In this document: piece by piece, positions 27,901-35,453 of the stretch | How positions within the stretch are numbered: position 1 is the first letter of the stretch | Layout: every line of letters starts with the position of its first letter | Origin: Candidatus Falkowbacteria bacterium | Lineage (GTDB): Bacteria > Patescibacteriota > Patescibacteriia > Patescibacteriales > UBA12075 | Length of the DNA: 64,000 nt | Reading direction: 5' to 3' | Assembly: GCA_043801965.1 (NCBI GenBank) | Contig: JAZDLN010000051.1 | Coordinates: 19,720 to 83,719, forward strand | The notes under the pieces: generated by a model | Database searches by the model: none | Told to the model about the DNA's origin: nothing | Seen by the model: the letters and a program-made list of their open reading frames with translations, nothing else | Made by a program: the position numbers and the translations under genes

Positions 27901-28522
27901 TGGTATAATCAGAATTGTGCTTGCTTATATCTTCGTTCCAGTCGCCGCTCCACTCCCATTTAGCAACCGTAAAATAGTCGTCGCCTAATTTTTCCTTGCA
28001 TTCGTCGCCGTCTTTTTTGTTCGTAAAAGTACAAAAAACATTTTCTTTATCATCAAGGTCGATTACGACTTTTCGATTAGGGATATCGATAACCGCTTCC
28101 GCGTCTCCGGTACAAACAATATTAGTCAGCGTCCATCCCGCCCTGGCCTCTTCGGTAATGGTGTATTTTCGATCTCCGGTAACATAAGCGTTTTTCGTGC
28201 CGCCATCGGTTAAAATAAAACTTCCCAGACCGCCAATAAAATTAAAAGAGGTTTTTCCAGATCCGGATTCTGACGGATTGGTTACTTTCTTGATAGTAAT
28301 ATTCCCGTGACACGCCAAGGCCTCTCCGGGCGCGACCATAAAAATACCTCCTAAAGCCATGCCGAAAGACATATTAAGCACAAGGAGGCTCATGGAAAAA
28401 ACGTTGATCGCTTTGTAAATTTTGCCCTTTCTGGTGTTTAAAAAATTGGGCGCGTAATGAAACGCGTAATTAGGAGCTATCTGCCGGGATGATAGCAGAT
28501 TAGGAGAGTATGAGTCATGCAT
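24920..28522 (-). CDS. Giant cell-wall-anchored (LAETG) adhesin with about 12 Myxococcus-type cysteine-rich repeats, a fibronectin-III-like domain and a DUF11 domain.
   Basis: Repeats CGDG..N..EQCDDGN...GDGC...C match the Myxococcus cysteine-rich repeat pattern. The C-terminus ends LAETGWSVFEFMALIMMVGGLTGASALLKRKAYNA. Confidence 0.75.
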   Translation of the reverse strand: MHDSYSPNLLSSRQIAPNYAFHYAPNFLNTRKGKIYKAINVFSMSLLVLNMSFGMALGGIFMVAPGEALACHGNITIKKVTNPSESGSGKTSFNFIGGLGSFILTDGGTKNAYVTGDRKYTITEEARAGWTLTNIVCTGDAEAVIDIPNRKVVIDLDDKENVFCTFTNKKDGDECKEKLGDDYFTVAKWEWSGDWNEDISKHNSDYTTAVTGNTASASWTSNPAVAKVLRKAATNYTEFPGGTSGTVVKGAYDISHLTFCGGPECKLKLTKTDNPDPVSPGGNLSYVLTLENIGTADCTGSGVILKEYYSSQTVFTSSNPVPTSGNNEWVYDVLHPGETRVIEILTSVKTDTACGSTLLNKACVTANELPAALCEEETTEVFCAPPVCGDGTVNQVSEECDDGNDIDNDDCRNNCTEPECGDGITDTDEICDDNGQNGVQCVPAYGGSCTYCSNICQPMTLTGPFCGDGVQNGTEICDFNDPTHAGVPEHYTCNNNCETTYVPYCGDGNPDNGEVCDDGVNNGRQCVPAYGGNCTYCSGICSEITLTGPFCGDGVQNGTEICDFNDPTNAGVPEHNICNLSCDLTYIPYCGDGIKNGTEICDFNDPTNAGVPEHYTCDNNCETNYVPYCGDGNIDSGEQCDDHNNIDGDGCDANCQNEDDGPICGDGLINQSWEQCDGLTGVGPHQTCSADCVLENVPYCGDGNIDTGEQCDDHNSIDGDGCDANCAIETGSLTICKYYDNGLLGIYEHATDTPLTWNFLVTKPDLTNVDAATNGETACVTLDGLVYGDYTVAEMPLVGGNWVNSYPYGGAHQVTVGAVSLEPLIFLNYQTPEPRCGDGTVNVLDEECDDGNTDNADGCHNDCTLPKCGDGISGNTPGEQCDDGNNVSGDGCSATCTTEGGGGPYCGDGIVQTNRGEQCDDANSNNNDSCKNDCTTPGGGGGGGGHVFLDIMEIEAKCIDENTAKIEWRTNKTVTSWVVYGLDSDDIKDATSTDTTTESTLHSTTIGGLKPYTEYSFTAKAEEGSDKAEKTVKYKTDACVEVKGEEGDPILSITKVIPDEKSFYNPGDKNFKYVINYANTGNLTAFNVIIKDILPEGIVYADTASTTREWAIGDLLPGETGEITYLANVIDDAAEKIYVNTATIRSDNHKQLEAMADLEVREIEVLAETGWSVFEFMALIMMVGGLTGASALLKRKAYNA

Positions 28523-28685
28523 AAAAAACGTCAGGCATATAATTTAAATAAAAATTATGCCTGGATGAATATTTAATTAGAATGATTATCTACCTTAGCA
28601 TAATTTTCTCTATTTTGTCAATAGTAAAATTAAAAAATATTAATATTTGATATTATTCTAACATTAAATAAATTAATAACATAAA

Positions 28686-28730
28686 AAAAACAGGCTATTT
28701 TTTAGCCTGTCATGTTTTTTTGGGGAAACG
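28686..28730. terminator. Bidirectional rho-independent terminator.
   Basis: acaggcta-ttttt-tagcctgt flanked by an A-run and a T-run. Confidence 0.55.
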
Positions 28731-28772
28731 GTTAATAAGAATTAAGTTCGAATTTTTTGGATAATATTTTTT

Positions 28773-28940
28773 TATTTTGTTGATATGGCAAGCATGCATA
28801 TGCCCACCGTCAGAAGGAAATAACCCAAGTCTTCGAATTTTTTCAGTTTAGGCCATACGCCTATGCCGAATCCCGGCAGAATGAACGATATTCCTATCCA
28901 ATGACACAGACCGAGTTGTTTAAAAAACAAAAGGCCCATA
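28773..28940 (-). CDS. Unlisted small membrane protein (55 aa), MGLLFFKQLGLCHWIGISFILPGFGIGVWPKLKKFEDLGYFLLTVGICMLAISTK.
   Basis: Hand translation of the minus strand. AAGGAGGG is 3 nt upstream of the ATG. Two hydrophobic helices. Followed by the terminator at 28686-28730. Coordinates approximate (+/-2). Confidence 0.4.
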
Positions 28941-29076
28941 TACCCTCCTTCTTATATTTTTTATGTAAAGCCACAGCTTATATTTACTTATACGCTTAAA
29001 AAAGGATTTTGTTACACTAAATATTTTTTTTCTCGCCGAATTTCCCACAAAAAAACCCTCTGTGGAGACGCCCACG

Positions 29077-29104
29077 GTAGAGACGAGGCATGCCTCGTCT
29101 CTAC
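29077..29104. repeat. GTAGAGACG-armed perfect 28 bp palindrome.
   Basis: gtagagacgaggcatgcctcgtctctac. Confidence 0.65.
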
Positions 29105-29137
29105 GGGGGGTATTTAGGTGTTTGGTTTCCGCCCGCC

Positions 29138-29165
29138 GTAGAGACGCGATTAATCGCGTCTCTAC
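29138..29165. repeat. GTAGAGACG-armed perfect 28 bp palindrome with a different centre.
   Basis: gtagagacgcgattaatcgcgtctctac. Confidence 0.65.
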
Positions 29166-29207
29166 GCCGCGACATCTCCGAAAATAAAAAACCATGTTAG
29201 CTAGTCC

Positions 29208-29267
29208 TTCCCCCCTCCCGGCGGGGATGCCTGCCTGCCGGCAGGCAGGGACAGGAGGGGGTCAGAA
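29208..29267. repeat. GC-rich nested palindromic element.
   Basis: ccttcccccctcccggcggggatgcctgcctgccggcaggcagggacaggagggggtcag. Confidence 0.5.
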
Positions 29268-29276
29268 GTCCGGCAA

Positions 29277-29316
29277 CAAAAAAAACACCTCCGGAAATCC
29301 CGGAGGTGTTTTTAAA
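29277..29316 (-). terminator. Rho-independent terminator of the 29329-33417 gene (bidirectional hairpin).
   Basis: cacctccgg-aaat-cccggaggtg with flanking A-run and T-run. Confidence 0.6.
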
Positions 29317-29328
29317 TATCTGAACTAT

Positions 29329-32300
29329 TTAAGCTTTTACCACTCCGAATTTAAGGACCTTGGCTATCCCAAATAAACCGAGAACGGACAGGACAAGGAT
29401 TAAAAGTTCGCTCTCGTCAAAACCGGTTTCAGCCAGGACTTTAACGTTCTCGACCGTCAGATCGGCCGTTGCGCTCGCGTCAGCGGCGCTATTATCGGCT
29501 TTAACCGTGGCGGTATTGGCGTAAACCTTGGCCGCGGCGGTTTTATCGATATTTACGGTATAGCTTACTTCTTTCTTTCCGCCTTGGGCGATATCGCCTA
29601 ATTCCCAGGTGCGGGTCAGGCCTTCCGCGTCAGAAAACATGAGGCCAGCTTCCATAGTATCGGATAATACCACGTTTTTTGCGTCAACGTTATCCGTATT
29701 AGTAACGGTTATGGTATATTTTACGCCGGTATCGCCCGGATTGGCTTTAACCCGGTCAACGGTCTTTGTAAGCGAGAGGGTTACGCTCTCTTCGCCCAAA
29801 ACGGACACTGAGATCGGTTCCGGGTTCTCTACGGGCGCTGATCCGGCTTCTCCGGTCTTGTATTCTACCTGCTTGCCGTAGATTTCCGGCGAAGCCGAAG
29901 ACATAGGCCGGAAATAATAGGTCGTGTTCGGGGTAAGACCGGTTATGGTTACCGAGTGGCCGGTTACGTGCTCTTCGTCAAGTTCGGTTGACCACTGGTA
30001 GCCGTAATTCGGGGCCGATTCGCCGGAAACGTCGGGGTGGCTCACCGTATCGTAGATAACGCGCGAAGTGCCGGCTTTGTTGGTCAGCCAAGTGATAGTA
30101 ATAAAATCGCCGCTTAAATTTCCGGCCCGTTCGTTATAGATGGTAAGCTCAGAGGGCAACCAGCCGCTTCCGCCCTGATTATATTCACAGCTCTGGTCGT
30201 CGTTAGTAGCGCCGGAATTATAGTTAGTAGCCGAAGAGTCCATACAGCCGTAAACCGGTTCAAAATGATTCAGGAGATACACTTCTCGGAAATTCGGATA
30301 TTGTTCCCCATCACCGATGGTCACTTCATGCGCTTTCTGAGGATATGTTTGCGTCCAACCGGCCTGTGCATCTTCGGTAATGGTATAGGTGCCGTAAGGT
30401 ACGGTAAAGTCAACACAACCGTGATTCCGGCTGTCATCGCCCTCGGTCGCACCGCTGTCGTTATGTCCGTTGTCGCCGGCAATATTCATGGTCCAACCGC
30501 CGAGAGGGTGTAGTATTCTCTGCGCGGTCGCAAGAACCGGTTTGACTATAAGATCCCGTAATTTCGCCAATACAGAATCGGCCTGCGTGTATTCCGGATA
30601 ATCCGGCTCGCCGTTATTATCGGTATCCTCGTATTTGCAGACCCGGATCGTGCCGGTCGGTTCGTCTCCTTCGTCTTCTTTATTGCCGAAATAATAAGTA
30701 ATATCGCCGTTAACAGTCACGTCTTCACAAACGACCATCAAGGGCACCTCCCCGCCGTTGGTCCAGTCAAAGGGCGTATTTCCCGGGTCGGTATTGGTCC
30801 ATCCGTCCTGCGTATATTCGCAGACCGTATATTCGCCGTAAGGCAGATTACTGAAAGTGAATTTGCCTTCGGAATCGGTAATGGTTTCCGGACCCTCATA
30901 CTGGTAATGATCGCCGCTGATAAATACTTTCCAACCCGGAATATAGGGTTCTTCCCCGTGTTCGCCGTTTTCATCTACATCGTTATATTTATAAATCGTG
31001 ATGGAACCGGTCGGGTCTTCCGGGGTGGTATAGTGATTCAGGAAGTAAACGATTGGGGCGGAATTATCTCCGTCCACCGTCACTGTCGCCGAACCATCCT
31101 CTTCTAAAACCGCATTACCGTCAACTCCGGTCTGTTCCCAATTATCTATATCCTCTTCCTCGGAAATATTATAAGTCCCGTAATCAACTTCGTTAATAGT
31201 GACACAACCGGTTTCGCCCGCCTGATAAGTCGTATCGTTCATGTAAAAATGCCAAAGCGGGTCGGTGACAGCCGGTTCATTCTCGTTCAATGCCCCGTTG
31301 CCGTCCAGATCGCTGTATTTGCAGATCGTGATAGAGCCAATCGGTTCGGCTGGGCATTCGGTTAATTCTACTTTAACATCATCAAGCAAGGTTCCGTAAG
31401 AATCCGGCGTTCCCAGATCTGTAAATGCAAGATCAGCGGAATCGCTGTCGGCGGTCATGGTATATTCATATAAAGTCCAGGCGGTATCGGTATTACCGGA
31501 ACCGTCGGCGCTGACCGTTTCGTCAATCGTTCCGAACTTAACACCCAGGCTGTTGTTACTCGAATCAGTATCCGGCCGTGGCGAGAATTTAAAAGTAAGT
31601 TTATAGACCGCTCCGGGAACAGTGGTAACGCTTTGAGAAATAACCACTGAGGCCGCTTCATTGCCCTCAACTGGATAATCTGTATCAAGCTCGGCCCATT
31701 GACTGCCTTCGCCCGCGGTCCATTCCAGAGAGACGGTTTGTAGTTCTAAATTAGCCGGTTCCGGCGCGCCTTCTTCGGGCGCGACCCAGGAAACGTCCCA
31801 GCCTAAACCGTCGGTACCGGACGGATAAATCTGCCACTTGCCGTCATGCTCGTTAACGGTCGGATTTTCAAAGCCGCCGTTCATTATCTTAACAAAACCG
31901 GTTTCGCAGGCCGGTTCGTCCGCTACGCAAGCGCAGCTAACGCAGGTTTCTCCGGTACCGCAAGCGGAACCGTCGCAATCCTCGCCCTCTTCAATGATTT
32001 GATTGCCGCAGACCGGATCGCTAGCGTCGCAAACGTCGCCCTTGCCGTCTTTGTCAGCATCCGCCTGGTTGGCATTTGATGTTAGTGGACAATTATCGCA
32101 AACGTTGCCGATGCCATCGCCATCCGAATCAGCCTGGTTGGCATTGGAGCTATTCGGGCAATTATCGCAGGCATCGCCCACGCCGTCCTGATCGCTGTCT
32201 TCCTGGCCGGAGTTGGCGGCCCATGGGCAGTTATCGCAGTCATCCGGAACGCCGTCGGCATCCATATCCTGCGCATCGTCTGTGCCAGGACACATATCGC

Positions 32301-33417
32301 AGGCATTGCCGGCGCCGTCCTTATCGGCATCCGCCTGATCCGGATTAGCCGTGCTAGGGCAATTATCCTCGTTATCGCAGAAACCGTCGTCATCACTATC
32401 CGTACAAGAGCAAGTTAAATCTGATCCATCGCAATCCTGATCTATGCTGTCGCCGCAAATTTCAGAGGCGGCAGGATTAATATTGCTGTTATCATCATTG
32501 CAGTCAATACCGCTGGTGGTTTCCGCGTATCCTTTCGGAATGCTGCTGCCATAGCAGATAGAAATCTTCCCGTCCGAACCGGCCGTATCGGCATCGTAAT
32601 AATAACCGTCGTTATCGCCGTCATACCAATAGCTATCCACTTGCCATGAATCAGGGTTAGAGTCGTTGCAGTCAACTGGCCCGCATTGTCCGCCCTCTAC
32701 CGAATAACCATCTTGGTCGTTATCGGTGCACGCCAATGCAATACTTACCCCATCAACGCGAAAGTATTCAGAGCTAGGATTATCGTCATTTGTATCATCG
32801 TCGCATTTGTTATCCCAATTAGTAAACGAACAACCTGAGTTATTTTTATACCGAAGTGTAAATTTCTGATTATCAACATATTCCGATGGAAGATTAACTG
32901 CTTGTAACGCGCTCCAACCCTCATCATTGTTATTGTTATTATCATCTAGTTCGTGCGAAGCTACTTCGTGCCAACCATCACCAGCGGTACAGGAATCCCC
33001 CTGGTGCACATAAACTTTTCCGTATTCGTTGTTTTCAGCATCAGCATCACCACGCCAATAGTACTTTAAAACTAAACCGGAATAACCCCTTGCGTCAATT
33101 TTTGCGCAAATCCATTCATTATCACCAATTTTTGCGAAACGTCCGCCATCTGGGCTAGCGCCATCTGGTTCACTGCCCGGCTTTTTGGCAACCGTATATC
33201 CGTTTGATTCATCCCAATTATCAATATTATTATCATCGTTTCCCGCTCCGAATCCATCTGACCACGGCAACCCAGCCGCCTCTACTCCGGTCCCAACAAA
33301 AAACACGCCCATAAGTGACATGTTGAAGATTAATACTGATAAGCTAAAGACGCTTAAAAGTTTATAGCCGCTCTTCCTGAGGCGCTCCAGGCGATAATGC
33401 CCGATGTTTTTGTGCAT
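29329..33417 (-). CDS. Giant cell-wall-anchored (LAETG) adhesin with thrombospondin type-3 Ca-binding repeats, three prealbumin-like repeats, an FN3-like domain and a DUF11 domain.
   Basis: DSDQDGVGDACDNCP / DADKDGKGDVCD TSP3-type repeats. Repeats GSITICKY ... GTYNISEEE ... W. The C-terminus ends LAETGFDESELLILVLSVLGLFGIAKVLKFGVVKA. Confidence 0.75.
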   Translation of the reverse strand: MHKNIGHYRLERLRKSGYKLLSVFSLSVLIFNMSLMGVFFVGTGVEAAGLPWSDGFGAGNDDNNIDNWDESNGYTVAKKPGSEPDGASPDGGRFAKIGDNEWICAKIDARGYSGLVLKYYWRGDADAENNEYGKVYVHQGDSCTAGDGWHEVASHELDDNNNNNDEGWSALQAVNLPSEYVDNQKFTLRYKNNSGCSFTNWDNKCDDDTNDDNPSSEYFRVDGVSIALACTDNDQDGYSVEGGQCGPVDCNDSNPDSWQVDSYWYDGDNDGYYYDADTAGSDGKISICYGSSIPKGYAETTSGIDCNDDNSNINPAASEICGDSIDQDCDGSDLTCSCTDSDDDGFCDNEDNCPSTANPDQADADKDGAGNACDMCPGTDDAQDMDADGVPDDCDNCPWAANSGQEDSDQDGVGDACDNCPNSSNANQADSDGDGIGNVCDNCPLTSNANQADADKDGKGDVCDASDPVCGNQIIEEGEDCDGSACGTGETCVSCACVADEPACETGFVKIMNGGFENPTVNEHDGKWQIYPSGTDGLGWDVSWVAPEEGAPEPANLELQTVSLEWTAGEGSQWAELDTDYPVEGNEAASVVISQSVTTVPGAVYKLTFKFSPRPDTDSSNNSLGVKFGTIDETVSADGSGNTDTAWTLYEYTMTADSDSADLAFTDLGTPDSYGTLLDDVKVELTECPAEPIGSITICKYSDLDGNGALNENEPAVTDPLWHFYMNDTTYQAGETGCVTINEVDYGTYNISEEEDIDNWEQTGVDGNAVLEEDGSATVTVDGDNSAPIVYFLNHYTTPEDPTGSITIYKYNDVDENGEHGEEPYIPGWKVFISGDHYQYEGPETITDSEGKFTFSNLPYGEYTVCEYTQDGWTNTDPGNTPFDWTNGGEVPLMVVCEDVTVNGDITYYFGNKEDEGDEPTGTIRVCKYEDTDNNGEPDYPEYTQADSVLAKLRDLIVKPVLATAQRILHPLGGWTMNIAGDNGHNDSGATEGDDSRNHGCVDFTVPYGTYTITEDAQAGWTQTYPQKAHEVTIGDGEQYPNFREVYLLNHFEPVYGCMDSSATNYNSGATNDDQSCEYNQGGSGWLPSELTIYNERAGNLSGDFITITWLTNKAGTSRVIYDTVSHPDVSGESAPNYGYQWSTELDEEHVTGHSVTITGLTPNTTYYFRPMSSASPEIYGKQVEYKTGEAGSAPVENPEPISVSVLGEESVTLSLTKTVDRVKANPGDTGVKYTITVTNTDNVDAKNVVLSDTMEAGLMFSDAEGLTRTWELGDIAQGGKKEVSYTVNIDKTAAAKVYANTATVKADNSAADASATADLTVENVKVLAETGFDESELLILVLSVLGLFGIAKVLKFGVVKA

Positions 33418-33576
33418 ATTTTTCTACATCCCGTCCCGAAATTCATAAAAATATGAACTATGGACGAAAATTATTTATAAATATTTAACGAATAAATAAA
33501 AAATAGCCCCCTTTATTTCAACCAAGGCTTAACCCTATTATTGCATATTTTTAAAAATCAAGCAATATTTTCCAAC

Positions 33577-35163
33577 CTAATTCGCGGCTCTTTTCCGAAG
33601 TATCGCCGCCGAACCCGCCAGGACGAGCATTACGCCCAATAGTACGATAAATTCAACATTATCAAAGCCGGTTTCGGGCAGTTTAACTGGCGCTGGCGCT
33701 TCGCCGCCCATGGGCGCTCCAATCGCGCTTCCTTTGACTTCGATAGCCAGGGTAGCCATGACCGGATTATGATTAGAAGCGTAGGCCACGGCCGTATTAG
33801 CGTAAATTCCAGGTAAGGCCACCGCGCCCACGTCCACCAGGTATTTTATAATCTTGACCTCTCCGGGTAAAATATCGCCCAGGCTCCAGGTCCGGACCGG
33901 CTCGCCCGTATCGGCGTGCACAAGGCCGCCGTAAAGAGTATCGGCTAAAGTAACGGCATAAGCGGTTAAATTGCCTTGGTTGGCGACCGTAATCGTATAT
34001 TCGATACTGCCGCCGCCGATATTGGCCGTAGCCCGGTCCGCGGTTTTTTCTATGACCAGTTCCGGATTCCCGGCTTCTCCTAAAACCATGGTTTCTTCCG
34101 TAGCAACCGGCAGAGTTTCCGGGATCTTTACCGGGGCGACCGGATTAATTTCTCCGACGACAATATCGGCCGTAGCCGTGACCGGAGAATGATTCACGGC
34201 AAAGGCCTGGGCCACGTTAGTATAGATCCCGGGCGTGGCCGAAGTCGCGATATCGACAAGATAGGTAATATTTTTGATCGTTCCCGGCTCAATGTCACCC
34301 AGAAACCATTCCTTCGACGTGTCTTCCGTGCCGTCGAAAACGAGCCCCGCGGGCAGATTATCAACCACGTTCACGCCGTAAGCGGCTAAATTACCGTTAT
34401 TCGCGACCACGATCTTAAATATTTTCTCGCTGATCAGATCCGAGTTGTTGGCGTTCTGGTTTAAAATTACCTTCCCGATCGATAAATTAGGCGCGCCCGT
34501 CTCGCCCAAAACCACGGTCTCGGTGTCGCCGCCTAAAGGCGCTAACGCCGGCGTCGATGTGCCCGGTTCAAGACTGCAGGAAATCGTACAATGGTACCCC
34601 GCCTGCACGCCAAGGTCGCCGTCACAGGCCTCGAAATACTCCGTAATGCCGTTGCCGCAATAAAAAGACCCTTCGTCGAATATTCCTTCATAGTTAGCGA
34701 AATCAACTTCTACCGCTTCTCCCGCTCTAAGGCCGATATTATAATCCACGCCCTTAGGCATGGTCTGCGTCCAACCCTCTTTTTTTATCTCTTTTAGGCG
34801 ATATTTTCCCTCTGATAAGCCGGAAAAGGAGAAACAGCCGTTATTATCCGTAGTCGTGGCCGCGTAAACCGAACAAATATCATTGATGTTGAACGCGAAC
34901 TCCCCTGTTTCGCTGATATTGCCGCAATTCTCTAAAACGATCTCCCAGCCAGGCAATTTTTCCCAGGTTTTTTCGGCTTTGCCGGTCCCGCTTATATCGC
35001 GATAATTACAGCCGGCAACAGAGCTTAAGACCGGGAGGGAACTCGTGGCTTCGGTACTGGTCGCTTCGGCGGATACGGGTTTAACGCCCAGAAAAAAAAC
35101 GCCGGAGGTTAGAAGAAATAAAATTATCAGGCTGAATCTAATACTGTTGGCCGTTTTAAACAT
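33577..35163 (-). CDS. Cell-wall-anchored (LPETG) protein with three DUF11 domains.
   Basis: Signal peptide. DUF11 repeats (NGNLAAYGVNVVDNLPAGLVF ...). The C-terminus ends KLPETGFDNVEFIVLLGVMLVLAGSAAILRKRAAN. Confidence 0.75.
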   Translation of the reverse strand: MFKTANSIRFSLIILFLLTSGVFFLGVKPVSAEATSTEATSSLPVLSSVAGCNYRDISGTGKAEKTWEKLPGWEIVLENCGNISETGEFAFNINDICSVYAATTTDNNGCFSFSGLSEGKYRLKEIKKEGWTQTMPKGVDYNIGLRAGEAVEVDFANYEGIFDEGSFYCGNGITEYFEACDGDLGVQAGYHCTISCSLEPGTSTPALAPLGGDTETVVLGETGAPNLSIGKVILNQNANNSDLISEKIFKIVVANNGNLAAYGVNVVDNLPAGLVFDGTEDTSKEWFLGDIEPGTIKNITYLVDIATSATPGIYTNVAQAFAVNHSPVTATADIVVGEINPVAPVKIPETLPVATEETMVLGEAGNPELVIEKTADRATANIGGGSIEYTITVANQGNLTAYAVTLADTLYGGLVHADTGEPVRTWSLGDILPGEVKIIKYLVDVGAVALPGIYANTAVAYASNHNPVMATLAIEVKGSAIGAPMGGEAPAPVKLPETGFDNVEFIVLLGVMLVLAGSAAILRKRAAN

Positions 35164-35397
35164 AAAATAATAAGGCTTATTTTGAATAAAAAAAACCCGC
35201 GTAGCATTTAAGGCGGCAAGGCGCGGTTCTTATCTGAAAGATTTTTTTGATATAAGCTAAAATGCTCATAAAAATAAATTGGTTTTCCTTGTTTGATTAA
35301 AATCACATTAACACAGTCGAAAAAATAAGTCAATACCTGAAAATACAAGAAAAGCCCATTTGAGCTATTCGCGGTCATGAACCTAAATTACTTTGCG

Positions 35398-35430
35398 ACA
35401 AAAAAACGCTTGAGAGATCAAGCGTTTTTA
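35398..35430 (-). terminator. Rho-independent terminator after the 35454-37898 gene.
   Basis: acgcttga-gaga-tcaagcgt followed by a T-run on the minus strand. Confidence 0.55.
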
Positions 35431-35453
35431 AGTTATTTTAAGAGAAAATATTA

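Noticed and set aside
28920-29195. Track ORF 28920-29195(-), 91 aa.
   Set aside because: It runs through the two GTAGAGACG palindromes and AT-rich promoter DNA, and has an implausible Arg-rich composition. The adjacent 55 aa ORF with a strong SD is a better gene candidate.
15820-33367. Many 60-220 aa antisense ORFs inside the giant surface-protein genes (for example 20030-20680+, 25517-26179+, 26381-26785+, 32076-32396).
   Set aside because: These are typical antisense open frames in long, GC-biased, repeat-rich coding regions. The sense frames encode coherent domain repeats and sorting signals.
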